From a virus: a stretch of 45,748 nucleotides of DNA. Below, one piece after another: positions 1-10,178 of this stretch; the first letter of the stretch is position 1, and each line of letters begins with the position of its first letter. The translations under genes were made by a program, and so were the position numbers. The notes below the pieces were generated by a model. It did not search any database. It was given only the letters and a program-made list of their open reading frames with translations, and was not told the DNA's origin. The stretch lies in IMG/VR virus record IMGVR_UViG_3300045988_020540, one strand, 5' to 3'.

Positions 1-43
1 CAGCAGATTGCTTAATGGCACTGTTCATCTCAGTGGTTGTGGA
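1..43. repeat. Terminal direct repeat (assembly overlap), identical to 45706..45748; implies a circular or circularly permuted genome with 45,705 bp of unique sequence
   Basis: The first 43 bases (cagcagattgcttaatggcactgttcatctcagtggttgtgga) recur exactly as the last 43 bases of the window. Confidence 0.9.
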
Positions 44-1924
44 ATAGCTTTTCAGGCGTTCAGTAACATTATTATTAGCTGTTTCAAGGGTATCACTTAA
101 CCCTGATTCAAACGTAGCATTGGTAACATATGTTTTACTTACCGTAGCTGTAATATTATCAGCCGCCAGTTTGATAGCTGAGTTCATCTCAGTGGTTGTG
201 GAATAGCTTTTCAGCTTTGAATCCGTATTAATCCCGGCATCTACAAGTGCCTGCTTTACTTTAGCTGTGGCATCTTCACCTGCTGCTGTTAATGTAGAAT
301 TATATTTGCTTTCAGCATCCTCTTTAGTCTCATATATTTCTGAAATATTTTTAGAAACCGTTAAAGTAATACTATCTGCCTGTTGCTTAATAGCTGATTC
401 CATATCAGTTTTAGTTGAATAATCAACCAATTTATCATCTATTTTTTCTTCGATCTCCGTGGTGACACTTTCTTTATAATCTGTGGCAATTTTATCAGCC
501 GTAATGCTTCCGGCTTCGATATAGTCTGCGGTCAGTTTATAAGTCGCCAACATCTGCAATACCGCATTACCATCTTTCGTAACTCCATATTCCCATACAG
601 GTTCACCGTTATTCCAATTTTTAGTCCATGCAAAACCATTTGCCTGAAATGTATAAATGATATTACTGGTTTCCAAAGTCTCTCCATCATGAAAATAATA
701 CTTTGTTGACCCGTTGTCCTGCTTAACACCTGTCATATACAAACCTAGGCTGTTAGCAAGCAAACGATTCATCTCTAAAGTAGCCTGTTCTCTTGAAGAT
801 AAACTATTTTCTACTTTCTTTCGTATAGTTTCCAAAATGGTAGCCTGCTGTTTAGTTAAACCGTTATTTTTATCATAACTTTCATTCTGAGTGGTTTCCC
901 CTTTACCTGCTATTTCGGTACTCTGATTCATTACAAAATTAACATTGGTTACAATAGTGTCATGTGTTATGCCCTTACTGTCCTTATATGAAATCCTGTC
1001 CATAGGATAAAGGTAAGGGGCAGGCTTAATCGTGGCTTCATACGGACGATATGAAAAATCCTTCAAAGAAACATACAGTGTATCAATAACTACCTGTGGA
1101 TTTTCCTGAATCAATCCATTCGTACTTAAATCTAAGCAATAATCGTCTGTGCCTGCAATGTACTCTTTTTCCTCTTCATCATCCTTAAAATAGACACCTG
1201 TTATAGAAATATCGTTTTCATACATATCACTGTCATATCGTTCAGACGATGTGATTAATACATTTGTAGACTCATACCACTTTATCTCTAAATTTCCATC
1301 ACTGTTCATAAATGCACAAGTTCCGGTTAATGCAGTACACCATTGTAACAATGTACGATAAGTAATTGCCTGATCGCTAGGAAATTCTTTAATTGAGTAA
1401 TCCTTATTTACTAACTTTGACAAACTACTCACACAAGTAACTCCGCAAAGTGAACAAATACGATTTATTAAGTCCTCTACCGTCATCGGAAAACTTAATT
1501 TTGATTCGTCAACAACCTTATCGAAGCACATCATTCTATCCAGTGCTGAAATCTTAATTGTACTTTTATGCCGTGGAGGTTCATCTATAATGAAGTGCCC
1601 GCAAGGAACCCAGTATGTAGGTACTGATCCTGTAGCTGTCCAATCTTTAATCCCTATCTGCACATAAAGTTCCGCACCTTCAAAAATCGTATTGTCATAT
1701 TTACCGCTATCATTTTTTAAATTAAATGATAATTCCGCAGCAACCGCAGAACCAACTTCGATCTTTGAACCTGAAACACTATATCTGTCAATCGTCAGAC
1801 TTCCTTGCAGAATTTCAGATTCTCTGATTGTAAATGAACCTGACTTTCCGCTAACTGAAATTTGCACGATTTGTCTGTAATTTTTATTGAATAAATCAAT
1901 AACTGTTTGACTTACTTTATACAT
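1..1924 (-). CDS. Large tail / minor structural protein, N-terminal 641 codons. The ORF runs off the window start and continues across the circular junction to the stop at 45005 (874 aa in total).
   Basis: ATG at 1924..1922 overlaps the upstream stop (TAATG). I checked every codon of this frame from 1924 to 1 and found no stop. Position 1 is a codon start and is in frame with 45706 of ORF 45005..45733. It sits directly after the tape measure and a small tail protein. It is missing from the ORF track because it lacks a stop inside the window. Confidence 0.85.
   Translation of the reverse strand, partial: MYKVSQTVIDLFNKNYRQIVQISVSGKSGSFTIRESEILQGSLTIDRYSVSGSKIEVGSAVAAELSFNLKNDSGKYDNTIFEGAELYVQIGIKDWTATGSVPTYWVPCGHFIIDEPPRHKSTIKISALDRMMCFDKVVDESKLSFPMTVEDLINRICSLCGVTCVSSLSKLVNKDYSIKEFPSDQAITYRTLLQWCTALTGTCAFMNSDGNLEIKWYESTNVLITSSERYDSDMYENDISITGVYFKDDEEEKEYIAGTDDYCLDLSTNGLIQENPQVVIDTLYVSLKDFSYRPYEATIKPAPYLYPMDRISYKDSKGITHDTIVTNVNFVMNQSTEIAGKGETTQNESYDKNNGLTKQQATILETIRKKVENSLSSREQATLEMNRLLANSLGLYMTGVKQDNGSTKYYFHDGETLETSNIIYTFQANGFAWTKNWNNGEPVWEYGVTKDGNAVLQMLATYKLTADYIEAGSITADKIATDYKESVTTEIEEKIDDKLVDYSTKTDMESAIKQQADSITLTVSKNISEIYETKEDAESKYNSTLTAAGEDATAKVKQALVDAGINTDSKLKSYSTTTEMNSAIKLAADNITATVSKTYVTNATFESGLSDTLETANNNVTERLKSYSTTTEMNSAIKQSA
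23..214 (-). repeat. Intragenic repeat: exact 33 bp copies at 23..55 and 182..214, 159 bp (53 codons) apart, encoding LKSYSTTTEMN
   Basis: gttcatctcagtggttgtggaatagcttttcag occurs at both positions. A third degenerate unit (DYSTKTDMESAIKQQADSITLTVSK) lies upstream in the protein. Confidence 0.85.
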
Positions 1925-2298
1925 TAGACACCAGACCTTTCTATTGCATTAAAAGCAACGTTGCTCCATATGCCTTTCCTACTGTTATACAAAGGTGCTG
2001 ATCTATCTCCCATATAAAACTCAGAAGTCACATATGTACCCTTCATAGGGTCTAAGTAACAAATATTTACATATTCAGGGTTAAATTTTGTAAGAATGTC
2101 AGAAGCATCAGAAGTTGATATATTCTGCCATTCAAACTCTAGCTTGACACACTGCCCGATTCTTTTCTTATCCATTACTGTATCTTCGGTTCTTCCTGCA
2201 TCACTTTGCGAAATATCATTGATAGACCATTTAAACGAGGAAGGGCATTTAACAGGTTTTCCATCCACGCTTTTTATTGGATTATATTCATCTGCCAT
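1924..2298 (-). CDS. Small tail-associated protein in the distal-tail-protein position; function not established
   Basis: 124 aa ORF between the tape measure and the large tail protein. Its stop overlaps the next start. Confidence 0.55.
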   Translation of the reverse strand: MADEYNPIKSVDGKPVKCPSSFKWSINDISQSDAGRTEDTVMDKKRIGQCVKLEFEWQNISTSDASDILTKFNPEYVNICYLDPMKGTYVTSEFYMGDRSAPLYNSRKGIWSNVAFNAIERSGV

Positions 2299-2310
2299 AT
2301 TACCCCTCCT

Positions 2311-5300
2311 TTACACTCCTACTGGCACTATTGTTCGTCCATCTCTTTGATTTTTGCGGTTTAACGCTTTAGTGATAGAACTTGTTGTTATTTCAGTTGA
2401 AAAATCCTTATTTGCAATTTGACGTAACAATTCATTTTGTTCCTTCAAAAGTTCATTCTGACGTGCAGTTGCTTCGTACATTCCCTCACGAACTCCATCA
2501 GCAATAGAATCTTGACTTGAACTTCCTGTAAGCCCTGATCTCACTTTTTGAGCCAAAGTGTCCATCCACTCTGTATGATTCTCCAAAGGAAGAACCGCTT
2601 CACGTCCTGCTTCACCGCCGCCCAACATGGTATTACCCATCATGCCGAACAACTGTGCCCCTTCCAAAATACCTCCTGTCTTATACCAAGACACTGAGAA
2701 GTGAGGAATGGATGGAGGATTCAAACTGAAATTACCACTAATGCTGAAATGAGGAAGAGGAATGTTCGGTAAACTCCAACTAAAGTTGAAGAAAGACTTC
2801 ATCCTATCAATTCCATCTCCTACAGCATCTCTGGCTTCACCTATCTTTTCAGTAATAGATGACCTGACACTCTCAAACGTACTGCCTGCATTTTTCTTGA
2901 TAGTTCCCCAGTATTTTGAAAGATTCGTACTGAGATTTCGCCATGTCGTATTAGTTCCTGTCTTGATATTGCTCCATGCAGTAGATATGGTTGTTCTCAT
3001 ATTGCTCCATGTCGTTTTAGCAGAAATCTTTAAATTCGACCATGTTTGACTCAATTTAGTCTTTATGTTGTTCCAAACCACGGATGTTCGGGTTTTGGCA
3101 TTTTCCCACCCGGATGAAATTGTAGTTTTCAAATTACTCCAAGTAGATGACGCTGAAATTTTCAAATTTCGCCATACACCTGAAACCACATTTTTGATAT
3201 TCCCCCAGATTTGAGAAGATACCGTTTTGATTTTGTTCCATGCGTCCGACACCGTAGATGTGATACGGGACAGCATATTCTTAATCCAAGATACCACTGA
3301 ACCGAAACCTGAAATAATTCCATTAAGTAGTCCCTGAATTAAATATGTTCCCATCTCCATCATTACTGTGGATGGAGAGTGAATCCCAAAAACACTTTTG
3401 AATCCGTCAATGAAAGGATCAAATACGTTTTGCTTGATCCATGAACCAATTCCCTTGATTCCGTCCCAGATTCCTTGCAGTAATCCTGCAACCCAGTCTA
3501 ATCCGCACTTCTTTGTACCGTCATCATTCGTAAGATATTTCTGGAAATATCCGTTGATATCTTTCCATATATCCGCTACGAAAGTACCGATAAAACTTAC
3601 GGCTGCCGCCAGAGCAGACCCTAGCAGTTTAAAAAATGACTGGGCTACCGTAGCAAAGTTAATTCCCTGAATACAATCTTTTAAATTTTTGTAGAACGCA
3701 TGAGCCATTCCACTCCAATTAATTCCTGCAATCCATTCTTGTGATTCTTTAAAGACCCCTCTTAAAAGATCACCGAAACTCTTTCCTACAAGTTTCCAGT
3801 TTAGACCTCCAAGTAAGCCTATTAAGAAATCCAGACCTGCCGTGAATCCTCTGATAAGTAAACGTCCTACAAATTCAAAATTGATTTCTGATAAAGCTGC
3901 ATTAAGAAACTGTGCAACTCGATTTCCCAGATTTTTAAAATTTGCTGTTTTTAAGAACCAATAAGCTGTCTGTACAGCACCATTAATCCCATAACCGACT
4001 TTTTTTCCAAAGCCTGTCCAATTAATGCCATCCACAATTTCATTGAATTTATTTCCAAGAATTGTACCCAGTTCTTTCCAGTCACCCGCTTCAAAAGCCT
4101 GTTTCAGTTTATCTGCAAATTGACTGATAGAATTGTCAATCGGAAGTTCCTCAAACATTGAACCGTAATCAGGTGTTGAACTACCACTGCCCCCGGTATT
4201 CCCTGTCCCAGAACTGTCTTTATTTTTATCACCAAGAATATTTAATTCATCGAAGCCTAGAGTGTATCTCTTAATTTCATCAGCGGCTTTCTTTGCTGCC
4301 TTAGACGCTGTACCTGCGGCATCCTTTGCCGCACCACCGTAGGTAGCTGCAACCTTCTTAGCTGCTGTATAAGTCTTAGAACCTGTAAGTCTTGCAAATA
4401 ATTGATTCAGGATGTTGAATAATCCCACAACCTTACTGGTTACAAAGTCAATCGCAGGTGCGAGGGCATTAATCAAAGGTGCTGCCATAGCACCCATACT
4501 GTTCTTCAAATACTGTGCGTTCGTAGCAAGAGAGTTCATGCTATTCGCAAATGTTCCACCCATCAAAGCACTGTAGTTGTACAGGTTATTGATACCGTCC
4601 TTAAAGCACTGTGTAAGCTGAGACATTGCAAAACGGATCATTCTATACAGTGCAATACGCTTGATGGAAGAAAGGAAACTTCCCAAGGCACTTGTCGCAT
4701 TATGCACCTTAGAGGTAAAACGATTCCCAAGAGAAGATGTAACCTGTTTCACACCTGCCGCTAATTTAGAGCCAAGGTTTGTCGCAACTGCTTTAACCGT
4801 TCTTCCAAAAGCACCAAGAATACCACCAGATTTTTTAAACTCAGAGTGCATTGTTTTAAGATTTCCCACAGCCTGACCAATTCTGTGCGGTAAACTTCCA
4901 ATCTGTCTACCTATGTAGGAAATACCTGTCAGCCCGCCAATTTCTCCGATAACCTTTTTAACACCGGATAATGCCGTTCGTGCCACGCCTGCGGATCGTG
5001 TTACTTCCTGTAACTGACTGTCAGCATGACTCATACCGTTGTCAGCACCACCAGTATTGCCTACGTCCTCAGTCTGTGTACCACTGTGAGACGTTGATCT
5101 TTCAGACGAAGCAGGCTCAGAGTTAATGTCTGCCGGGTTCGGTGTTCCTGATCCTGTACCGCCTGTATTTACCTGCGAAATACGGACATTCTGTAGACCC
5201 TGCATACCCTGTAAGGCTCTGCTCATGCTTTCCATACGATCAATGTCAGACTGACTGATACTCTTCATTGCATTTCCGATTTCAGAAATTCTTTTCGGAG

Positions 5301-5559
5301 TAGACGCAGAAATTTTAACCTTTCCTACTTTTCCAAGGGACTCCATTGCTTTTCCAAAACTTTCCAGTTTGTCTGTGTGCAGTCCACTCAATGCCTGATT
5401 CAGTTTTTCAAGCTGTTTGACCGAACTATTCAAATTTGCACCGCCCTTAATAGCAGTTTTAAGGTTCTTAAAACTATTTGCAAGTTTGTCAATACCTTCC
5501 GCACCCTTATTGACTTTAGCTTCTACTTGAAATTCAAGACCTTCAATCTCAACACCCAT
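2311..5559 (-). CDS. Tail tape measure protein
   Basis: 1082 aa, the largest ORF. It follows the chaperone pair and has long Ala/Gly/Ser-rich helical segments, hydrophobic stretches and an 11-residue Trp periodicity. Confidence 0.9.
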   Translation of the reverse strand: MGVEIEGLEFQVEAKVNKGAEGIDKLANSFKNLKTAIKGGANLNSSVKQLEKLNQALSGLHTDKLESFGKAMESLGKVGKVKISASTPKRISEIGNAMKSISQSDIDRMESMSRALQGMQGLQNVRISQVNTGGTGSGTPNPADINSEPASSERSTSHSGTQTEDVGNTGGADNGMSHADSQLQEVTRSAGVARTALSGVKKVIGEIGGLTGISYIGRQIGSLPHRIGQAVGNLKTMHSEFKKSGGILGAFGRTVKAVATNLGSKLAAGVKQVTSSLGNRFTSKVHNATSALGSFLSSIKRIALYRMIRFAMSQLTQCFKDGINNLYNYSALMGGTFANSMNSLATNAQYLKNSMGAMAAPLINALAPAIDFVTSKVVGLFNILNQLFARLTGSKTYTAAKKVAATYGGAAKDAAGTASKAAKKAADEIKRYTLGFDELNILGDKNKDSSGTGNTGGSGSSTPDYGSMFEELPIDNSISQFADKLKQAFEAGDWKELGTILGNKFNEIVDGINWTGFGKKVGYGINGAVQTAYWFLKTANFKNLGNRVAQFLNAALSEINFEFVGRLLIRGFTAGLDFLIGLLGGLNWKLVGKSFGDLLRGVFKESQEWIAGINWSGMAHAFYKNLKDCIQGINFATVAQSFFKLLGSALAAAVSFIGTFVADIWKDINGYFQKYLTNDDGTKKCGLDWVAGLLQGIWDGIKGIGSWIKQNVFDPFIDGFKSVFGIHSPSTVMMEMGTYLIQGLLNGIISGFGSVVSWIKNMLSRITSTVSDAWNKIKTVSSQIWGNIKNVVSGVWRNLKISASSTWSNLKTTISSGWENAKTRTSVVWNNIKTKLSQTWSNLKISAKTTWSNMRTTISTAWSNIKTGTNTTWRNLSTNLSKYWGTIKKNAGSTFESVRSSITEKIGEARDAVGDGIDRMKSFFNFSWSLPNIPLPHFSISGNFSLNPPSIPHFSVSWYKTGGILEGAQLFGMMGNTMLGGGEAGREAVLPLENHTEWMDTLAQKVRSGLTGSSSQDSIADGVREGMYEATARQNELLKEQNELLRQIANKDFSTEITTSSITKALNRKNQRDGRTIVPVGV
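2908..3240 (-). repeat. Eleven Trp codons spaced exactly 33 nt apart (10 periods of 11 residues) inside the tape measure
   Basis: The peptide [40 protein letters not shown]...KYW has W at every 11th residue. The first W codon is 3238..3240 and the last is 2908..2910. Confidence 0.9.
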
Positions 5560-5562
5560 TGT

Positions 5563-6030
5563 TTACTCTCCCTCCTTTCTCTTGTTCTCTTCAAACCGCC
5601 TGTTAAATTCCACCATCCATGCTCTCATAGCATCCTTACCGTTCTTCATTTTCTGTTGATTCTGACGTTCCTCAGTTTCCTTAATAGCTTCCTGCGTAAT
5701 TGGAATAGGTTCTTTCATATACGGTAAAGGTTCATGTTTTTCACTTAAAGGATTAAATACAGGAGAAGCATCAACCAGTGCTTCGTAGATATACATACCT
5801 TGCATCCAGTGATTGAAATTTTGCCTGTCTAAATCTCTCTTATATTTATCCCGGTAGAATTTAACCATTGTGGCATCCCCATCCCAGTAATCATTATAAG
5901 TCATACCTATTGACAGGTAATATCCACAGTCTTGCTCAAATTTTTCCGTGTAACGAAAAGAGGACGGACGGTTGTTACGCCCGCCCCCGTCATTGTCGGT
6001 GGACTCCCCCGTTACCACGAAGTCACCCAC
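5563..6030 (-). CDS. Frameshift-extension (T-like) segment of the tail assembly chaperone, probably made only as a fusion with 6012..6341
   Basis: It overlaps the upstream chaperone ORF in the -1 frame, has no RBS of its own, and the track start is a GTG. The position between major tail and tape measure is the canonical one. Confidence 0.7.
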   Translation of the reverse strand: MGDFVVTGESTDNDGGGRNNRPSSFRYTEKFEQDCGYYLSIGMTYNDYWDGDATMVKFYRDKYKRDLDRQNFNHWMQGMYIYEALVDASPVFNPLSEKHEPLPYMKEPIPITQEAIKETEERQNQQKMKNGKDAMRAWMVEFNRRFEENKRKEGE

Positions 6031-6341
6031 TCCACGTTTCCCGTCTTTTCATCCGGTTCGTCTAACAGAGACATAATTGGTTCGTTATACATCTCTGAAA
6101 GTTTACCGATAAGAGTCTCTTTATCAGGCATAGCCGCAAAAATCTTATCAATAACTTCCTGCTTCACAAACCTATGATGTGCCTTAAAAGCACCTGCAAA
6201 CAGTGCAGGAAGAAGAGTCATAGGACGTTTTTCAACGTCCTCTCCAACAAATCCTTCTGCTTCCATCTGCTGAACAGTGCGTCTTGTATATTCCAGTGTG
6301 TAATCCTTACCTTCATAAGTAAAAATAATCTGTTTAGCCAT
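6012..6341 (-). CDS. Tail assembly chaperone (G-like)
   Basis: 109 aa ORF directly after the major tail gene. It carries a slippery heptamer 22 nt before its stop. Confidence 0.75.
   Translation of the reverse strand: MAKQIIFTYEGKDYTLEYTRRTVQQMEAEGFVGEDVEKRPMTLLPALFAGAFKAHHRFVKQEVIDKIFAAMPDKETLIGKLSEMYNEPIMSLLDEPDEKTGNVEWVTSW
6036..6042 (-). promoter_or_regulatory. Programmed -1 ribosomal frameshift site, G_GGA_AAC
   Basis: The minus strand reads ACG GGA AAC in the zero frame (plus strand gtttccc). The -1 frame is open from just upstream of this heptamer through to 5563. Confidence 0.7.
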
Positions 6342-6372
6342 TGCTTTAATCTCCTTTAATTCTTAAAATTAA

Positions 6373-6798
6373 CTACTCTTCGGTAATAACTGTAGATGGT
6401 GCAATCGTAAGAGACATACCTACCACTTCATTGACTTTACCTCCTGTAATATGAATAGCAAGCTGACCTTCAAAGGAAAACTTACCATCTATACCAGTCG
6501 GAGTCACAGTACCATCCTCGTTATCAGTACCGCCAAACCATACAGCGTAACCTTCGGTTTTACCTTCCAGTGCTTTCAATGCCTTATACTCAGTATGGTC
6601 ATAATTCGCAGGGAATTTCAGACCTTCATTTCCAAGAATACCAAGGATATAGGTTTTCATGCGATCAGAAGTTGTAGTTGTTTCCAGAAGTTCCGGGTCA
6701 GAACCCAGATCAGGGAACTCCGTAATGTCCACAAGTTTCTCATAGGTAGACGCTTCCTTTTTGTGCATAAGAAAGGTCTTAAATGTACTAATAGCCAT
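6373..6798 (-). CDS. Major tail protein
   Basis: 141 aa ORF with a strong RBS, immediately upstream of the chaperone pair. The composition is typical of small siphovirus tail-tube proteins. Confidence 0.7.
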   Translation of the reverse strand: MAISTFKTFLMHKKEASTYEKLVDITEFPDLGSDPELLETTTTSDRMKTYILGILGNEGLKFPANYDHTEYKALKALEGKTEGYAVWFGGTDNEDGTVTPTGIDGKFSFEGQLAIHITGGKVNEVVGMSLTIAPSTVITEE

Positions 6799-6804
6799 TG
6801 CTCT

Positions 6805-7206
6805 TTACCTCCTGTAAAAATTTTCACCGTCCGTTGCTGCTGAGTAACGGGCAATGATTCTGTATATGGTTGCGTCCTCCAAGTTCGGGACTGGTGTAAA
6901 TGCCAACCGCCTGAAATTCATGGAGAACATCTTTTCATCAATAGCTTTTGCTATGGATTTACATTCCGTTTTCTTACCCTCAGACTTGTTTGAGTACACA
7001 TTGATCTCAAACATTACAAGGGACATAGCTTCCTTACCGCTTGTGTCCTGCTTGTCAGCAATCGTGCTGTTATCACTCTGAGTAATACTCACATGAGGGA
7101 AAGAAGAAGGGGTCTTTGTATATTCGCCCGCTACATTGATTCCCGGAAACTCTTCACGAAGCATCCTAACAATACGGGTATAGACCTCATTTTCACAATC
7201 AATCAT
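6805..7206 (-). CDS. Tail completion / tail terminator protein (putative)
   Basis: 133 aa ORF between an HK97 gp10-like gene and the major tail gene. The call rests on position. Confidence 0.5.
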   Translation of the reverse strand: MIDCENEVYTRIVRMLREEFPGINVAGEYTKTPSSFPHVSITQSDNSTIADKQDTSGKEAMSLVMFEINVYSNKSEGKKTECKSIAKAIDEKMFSMNFRRLAFTPVPNLEDATIYRIIARYSAATDGENFYRR

Positions 7207-7736
7207 CTTCGATACACCCTCCTTGCTATTTCCTCAAACTTTTCTTCCAGTTCACGAACTGTATAATACATACTCATGTTTGCAGGATTACCATAGGTAT
7301 GAATTTCTCCTGCGTGTTTCCCGGTGGCTATCACCTCACCGTTTGTACCGGGATCACCCTGATATCTCCATCCTTTTTCAAGCCGTCCTAAGTGGTGTCC
7401 GTAACCGCCATGCTCAAATCCGAACTTCCCTGCTTCCGGGTGGGAATCAGGATATTTCACACCTGTACCGAACTCAATGAAAAGAACGGAACTGCCTATA
7501 GCCACTACAGCAGCTTTATTCTCTCCCCTGCTTTCAACCGATACCGAAACGTCATTCGTACCATCGTAGGTAGCTGACTCAAATTTTGCTCTGGAAATTT
7601 GCATCCCTTCATCAGCAAGGGCTTTCACAAATTCCTGAGTCTTTTCTTTCAGCCACTTCTTATAATCCTCTAGTTCCTTTATCGCATTGTCTATACTCTG
7701 TTCCGTAAGCTGAACTTTGATAATCCTTTTACTCAT
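7203..7736 (-). CDS. HK97 gp10-like head-tail joining protein
   Basis: 177 aa ORF with an FIEFGTG motif typical of the gp10 family. It overlaps both neighbours. Confidence 0.6.
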   Translation of the reverse strand: MSKRIIKVQLTEQSIDNAIKELEDYKKWLKEKTQEFVKALADEGMQISRAKFESATYDGTNDVSVSVESRGENKAAVVAIGSSVLFIEFGTGVKYPDSHPEAGKFGFEHGGYGHHLGRLEKGWRYQGDPGTNGEVIATGKHAGEIHTYGNPANMSMYYTVRELEEKFEEIARRVYRR

Positions 7737-8104
7737 GAAACTTTCACCTTCGATACTGCGTAAGAGATTGTATTGAGGGATTTTGCAACCCGCTTTACCG
7801 TATAATCATAAACAGGTTTTCTATCCTGATAATCTGGCTCTCTATCCACAAACAGGACTGTGTTTTCGTCTATCGGACAATTCATATCGTCCGTAATCAG
7901 AACCTTGTCATAACTGTCCAAGTTACCGAACATATTCACCTGTGCATACCCGGTAGCGTGTGACACACTGCACATCAGCTTCACAGGTCGTTCATACAGA
8001 ACCCGGTATTCACTTGTCTCATTCCCATCTTCATCAAGAAGAGGTTCTTTCCCCTTATACAGACAGTAGTAGATTGCTGTCTGATTCCGTTTCATTAGTC
8101 TCAT
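7733..8104 (-). CDS. Head closure / head-tail adaptor protein (putative)
   Basis: 123 aa ORF, called from its position in the connector gene block. Confidence 0.5.
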   Translation of the reverse strand: MRLMKRNQTAIYYCLYKGKEPLLDEDGNETSEYRVLYERPVKLMCSVSHATGYAQVNMFGNLDSYDKVLITDDMNCPIDENTVLFVDREPDYQDRKPVYDYTVKRVAKSLNTISYAVSKVKVS

Positions 8105-8421
8105 TACAACACCCCCACTACGGGAACGATACGCCGCAGAAGTGTCGGTGGGATATCTCCATCCTCATAGGTACGGGACACTCCATTTTCACTGTGGCTT
8201 ACTTCACCTTCTGCTCCACGTTTATTTATCATGTACGCTGCAATCTCCACATGAACTCCGTCATATTTCGCAGGCACTTCGATTTTATCCCCGAATGGAT
8301 ACGCTTTAGATACTACTATCTCTTTCGCTAAATTTAGATAAGTGAGCAGTACGTCATCATCTGTCTCACCTGTCATACATTCAAGCATTGTAAGTTTTTC
8401 ATTAATTGACATACCGCCCAC
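8104..8421 (-). CDS. Head-tail connector protein (gp6-like, putative)
   Basis: 105 aa ORF directly after the major capsid gene. The N-terminal helical region resembles gp6-like connector proteins. Confidence 0.55.
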   Translation of the reverse strand: MGGMSINEKLTMLECMTGETDDDVLLTYLNLAKEIVVSKAYPFGDKIEVPAKYDGVHVEIAAYMINKRGAEGEVSHSENGVSRTYEDGDIPPTLLRRIVPVVGVL

Positions 8422-8440
8422 CTCCTTTACTCTTTACTGA

Positions 8441-9457
8441 TTAAGAACTCGCCTTTCCGATATCCGCAGCATTAGCCACATAAACAGAACGGCTGTATGC
8501 AGGCTTCTCAAAGGTAGTAGAGATACCTGTGAACTTACCGTGATACCACTCAGCACCATGATCCAGACCGATCTGACCGAAAAGCTGATACTTCTCACCC
8601 GCACCAGTCTTAGCAAGCGGTTCAAGGAAGAAGTTACCCTTACCCGGAACAGGCTGATATACAGGTGCAAGTACATCAAGGTTCAGAAGCAGTGCAGTAC
8701 CCGCAGGTAAACACTCGCCCAGATGCAGATAAACAACACCGATCGGAGTTACCACACTGGAAAGAGAGATACCATTGATCTCACGGGCAGCAGGTACGAT
8801 AGTAAGACCATTCTGAACAGCATCAGCATTGATCTGAAACAGAGTCACGGCATCACACCAAAGGACAAGTCCCTCAGTAGGGGCGTTCGCACCATAAATC
8901 TTCTTAACCATGTCTGCAATGTCCCAGAGTCCCAGAGGTTTCTTATTCATTGCCATAGTGTTAGAAGTAATTGCCGGGATCAGACCTCTGGTCTGGTTGG
9001 CATCATCATCACTGGTTGCCTTGTGGTAAACACCGTTGATGAACGTATACTCAATGTCACGGTTCACCTTCTGAATCTTAGCTGCAACCTGAAAATCCAG
9101 TTCTGAAATTGGATTCGCCTGCTGATTCGCAACATTGATACCGGAAAGAGTACCCATGTTACTCTGCTTACCGTAAGAGATACCTACAGACTCCTGAAAA
9201 ATCTGAGTCACGTTAGTTTTCTGTTCACGGGTAGTAACAGAAGCATCCGGTGCAGTAAGAGACTGATTCTCAGTGATATTCGGCTGAGAACCGTTACCAC
9301 CGGAACTGTATTCCTGACCAGTCACAAACTCTACATGATTGGTAGTTTTGGCTTTAGAGCCGATAATAGAACTAAGCGGGGTCTTAACATTACCCTTGTT
9401 AAAAAGCATACCGGAGTAGTTCAGGACTCCGAAGCTAGTTGCAAATACGTCTGCCAT
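8441..9457 (-). CDS. Major capsid protein
   Basis: 338 aa ORF following the scaffold gene with a strong RBS. Size and position are typical. Confidence 0.8.
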   Translation of the reverse strand: MADVFATSFGVLNYSGMLFNKGNVKTPLSSIIGSKAKTTNHVEFVTGQEYSSGGNGSQPNITENQSLTAPDASVTTREQKTNVTQIFQESVGISYGKQSNMGTLSGINVANQQANPISELDFQVAAKIQKVNRDIEYTFINGVYHKATSDDDANQTRGLIPAITSNTMAMNKKPLGLWDIADMVKKIYGANAPTEGLVLWCDAVTLFQINADAVQNGLTIVPAAREINGISLSSVVTPIGVVYLHLGECLPAGTALLLNLDVLAPVYQPVPGKGNFFLEPLAKTGAGEKYQLFGQIGLDHGAEWYHGKFTGISTTFEKPAYSRSVYVANAADIGKASS

Positions 9458-9475
9458 TGTTCATTCACTCCTTTA

Positions 9476-10066
9476 TTATTCTGTCTGATCGGCAGCGTCC
9501 TGTGCTGCCAGACGTGTATAGTAGGCAACTGCGGTCAAATCTCCGCTTGCCTGTGCTTCTTCGATTTTCTTCTGATAGTCCATGCCACCAGTATTCTCAG
9601 AACCCGCAGCAGGTCTGGGAGTACCCTTCATCTTTTTGGCAAGAATATCTTTCTCACGGGCTTCAAGGTATTTAGTCTGATTCGCCATAACCTTGTCCAT
9701 GTCACCATCTACCATTGCTGTAGCAGTGTCATCAGCAAGTTTTTCATCATAGCCCATAGCCAGAAGTTTTGCTTTCTTTTCTGACAGTGCCATAGAACGT
9801 TTGAGGTCTGCGTTCTCCTGTGTCAGCTTATCCATCGTTGCTTTCTGTTCAGCGGCAGCAGCTTCATCCTCACTCTGCTTACCTCTCAACTGTTTCTTGT
9901 AATCAGCAGCTTCCGAATTGGCTTTAGAAAGCTGTGCTTTCAGGCGGTTCACTTCCGCTTCATTGTCTTTCGCTCCTGCACCTGCACTCTGCAATGCAGT
10001 GGAAATCTCTTCCTCAGTCATACCTTCCTTATAGGCATCCCCAAGCAAATCACTTAAATAACTCAT
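9476..10066 (-). CDS. Capsid scaffolding protein (DUF4355-like)
   Basis: 196 aa, highly charged coiled-coil sequence rich in A, E, K and Q, directly upstream of the capsid gene. Confidence 0.75.
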   Translation of the reverse strand: MSYLSDLLGDAYKEGMTEEEISTALQSAGAGAKDNEAEVNRLKAQLSKANSEAADYKKQLRGKQSEDEAAAAEQKATMDKLTQENADLKRSMALSEKKAKLLAMGYDEKLADDTATAMVDGDMDKVMANQTKYLEAREKDILAKKMKGTPRPAAGSENTGGMDYQKKIEEAQASGDLTAVAYYTRLAAQDAADQTE

Positions 10067-10079
10067 AATAGTCCTCCTT

Positions 10080-10161
10080 GCGTTTGTAGGTGTTCCCTCA
10101 CCATGATTTCCGTTTTATCCTCTTGTCTGAGTTTGCGTTTTGTAGGTGTTCCCTCACCATG
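10080..10161 (-). repeat. Two direct copies of a 26/27 nt element (10080..10105 and 10135..10161) in the leader of the scaffold gene
   Basis: The minus strand reads CATGGTGAGGGAACACCTACAAA(A)CGC twice. The proximal copy abuts the AAGGAGG RBS of the scaffold gene. Each copy contains GGTG-AGGGAA-CACC. Confidence 0.85.
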
Positions 10162-10178
10162 TATGTAAAGGAAGCAGA

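Noticed and set aside
8434-8679. Many nested or antisense track ORFs, for example 8434..8679, 12934..13224, 13298..13747, 22568..23092, 25629..26159, 29876..30556, 31816..32313, 33417..33932 and 38465..39433.
   Set aside because: Each lies entirely within, or antisense to, a longer ORF with recognisable family motifs. They have low-complexity or odd composition and no RBS.
10080-10161. Mini-ORFs of 20 and 13 codons that start at the ATG inside each 26 nt repeat.
   Set aside because: They are too short and have no RBS of their own. They are recorded only as a possible leader-peptide mechanism under the repeat finding.
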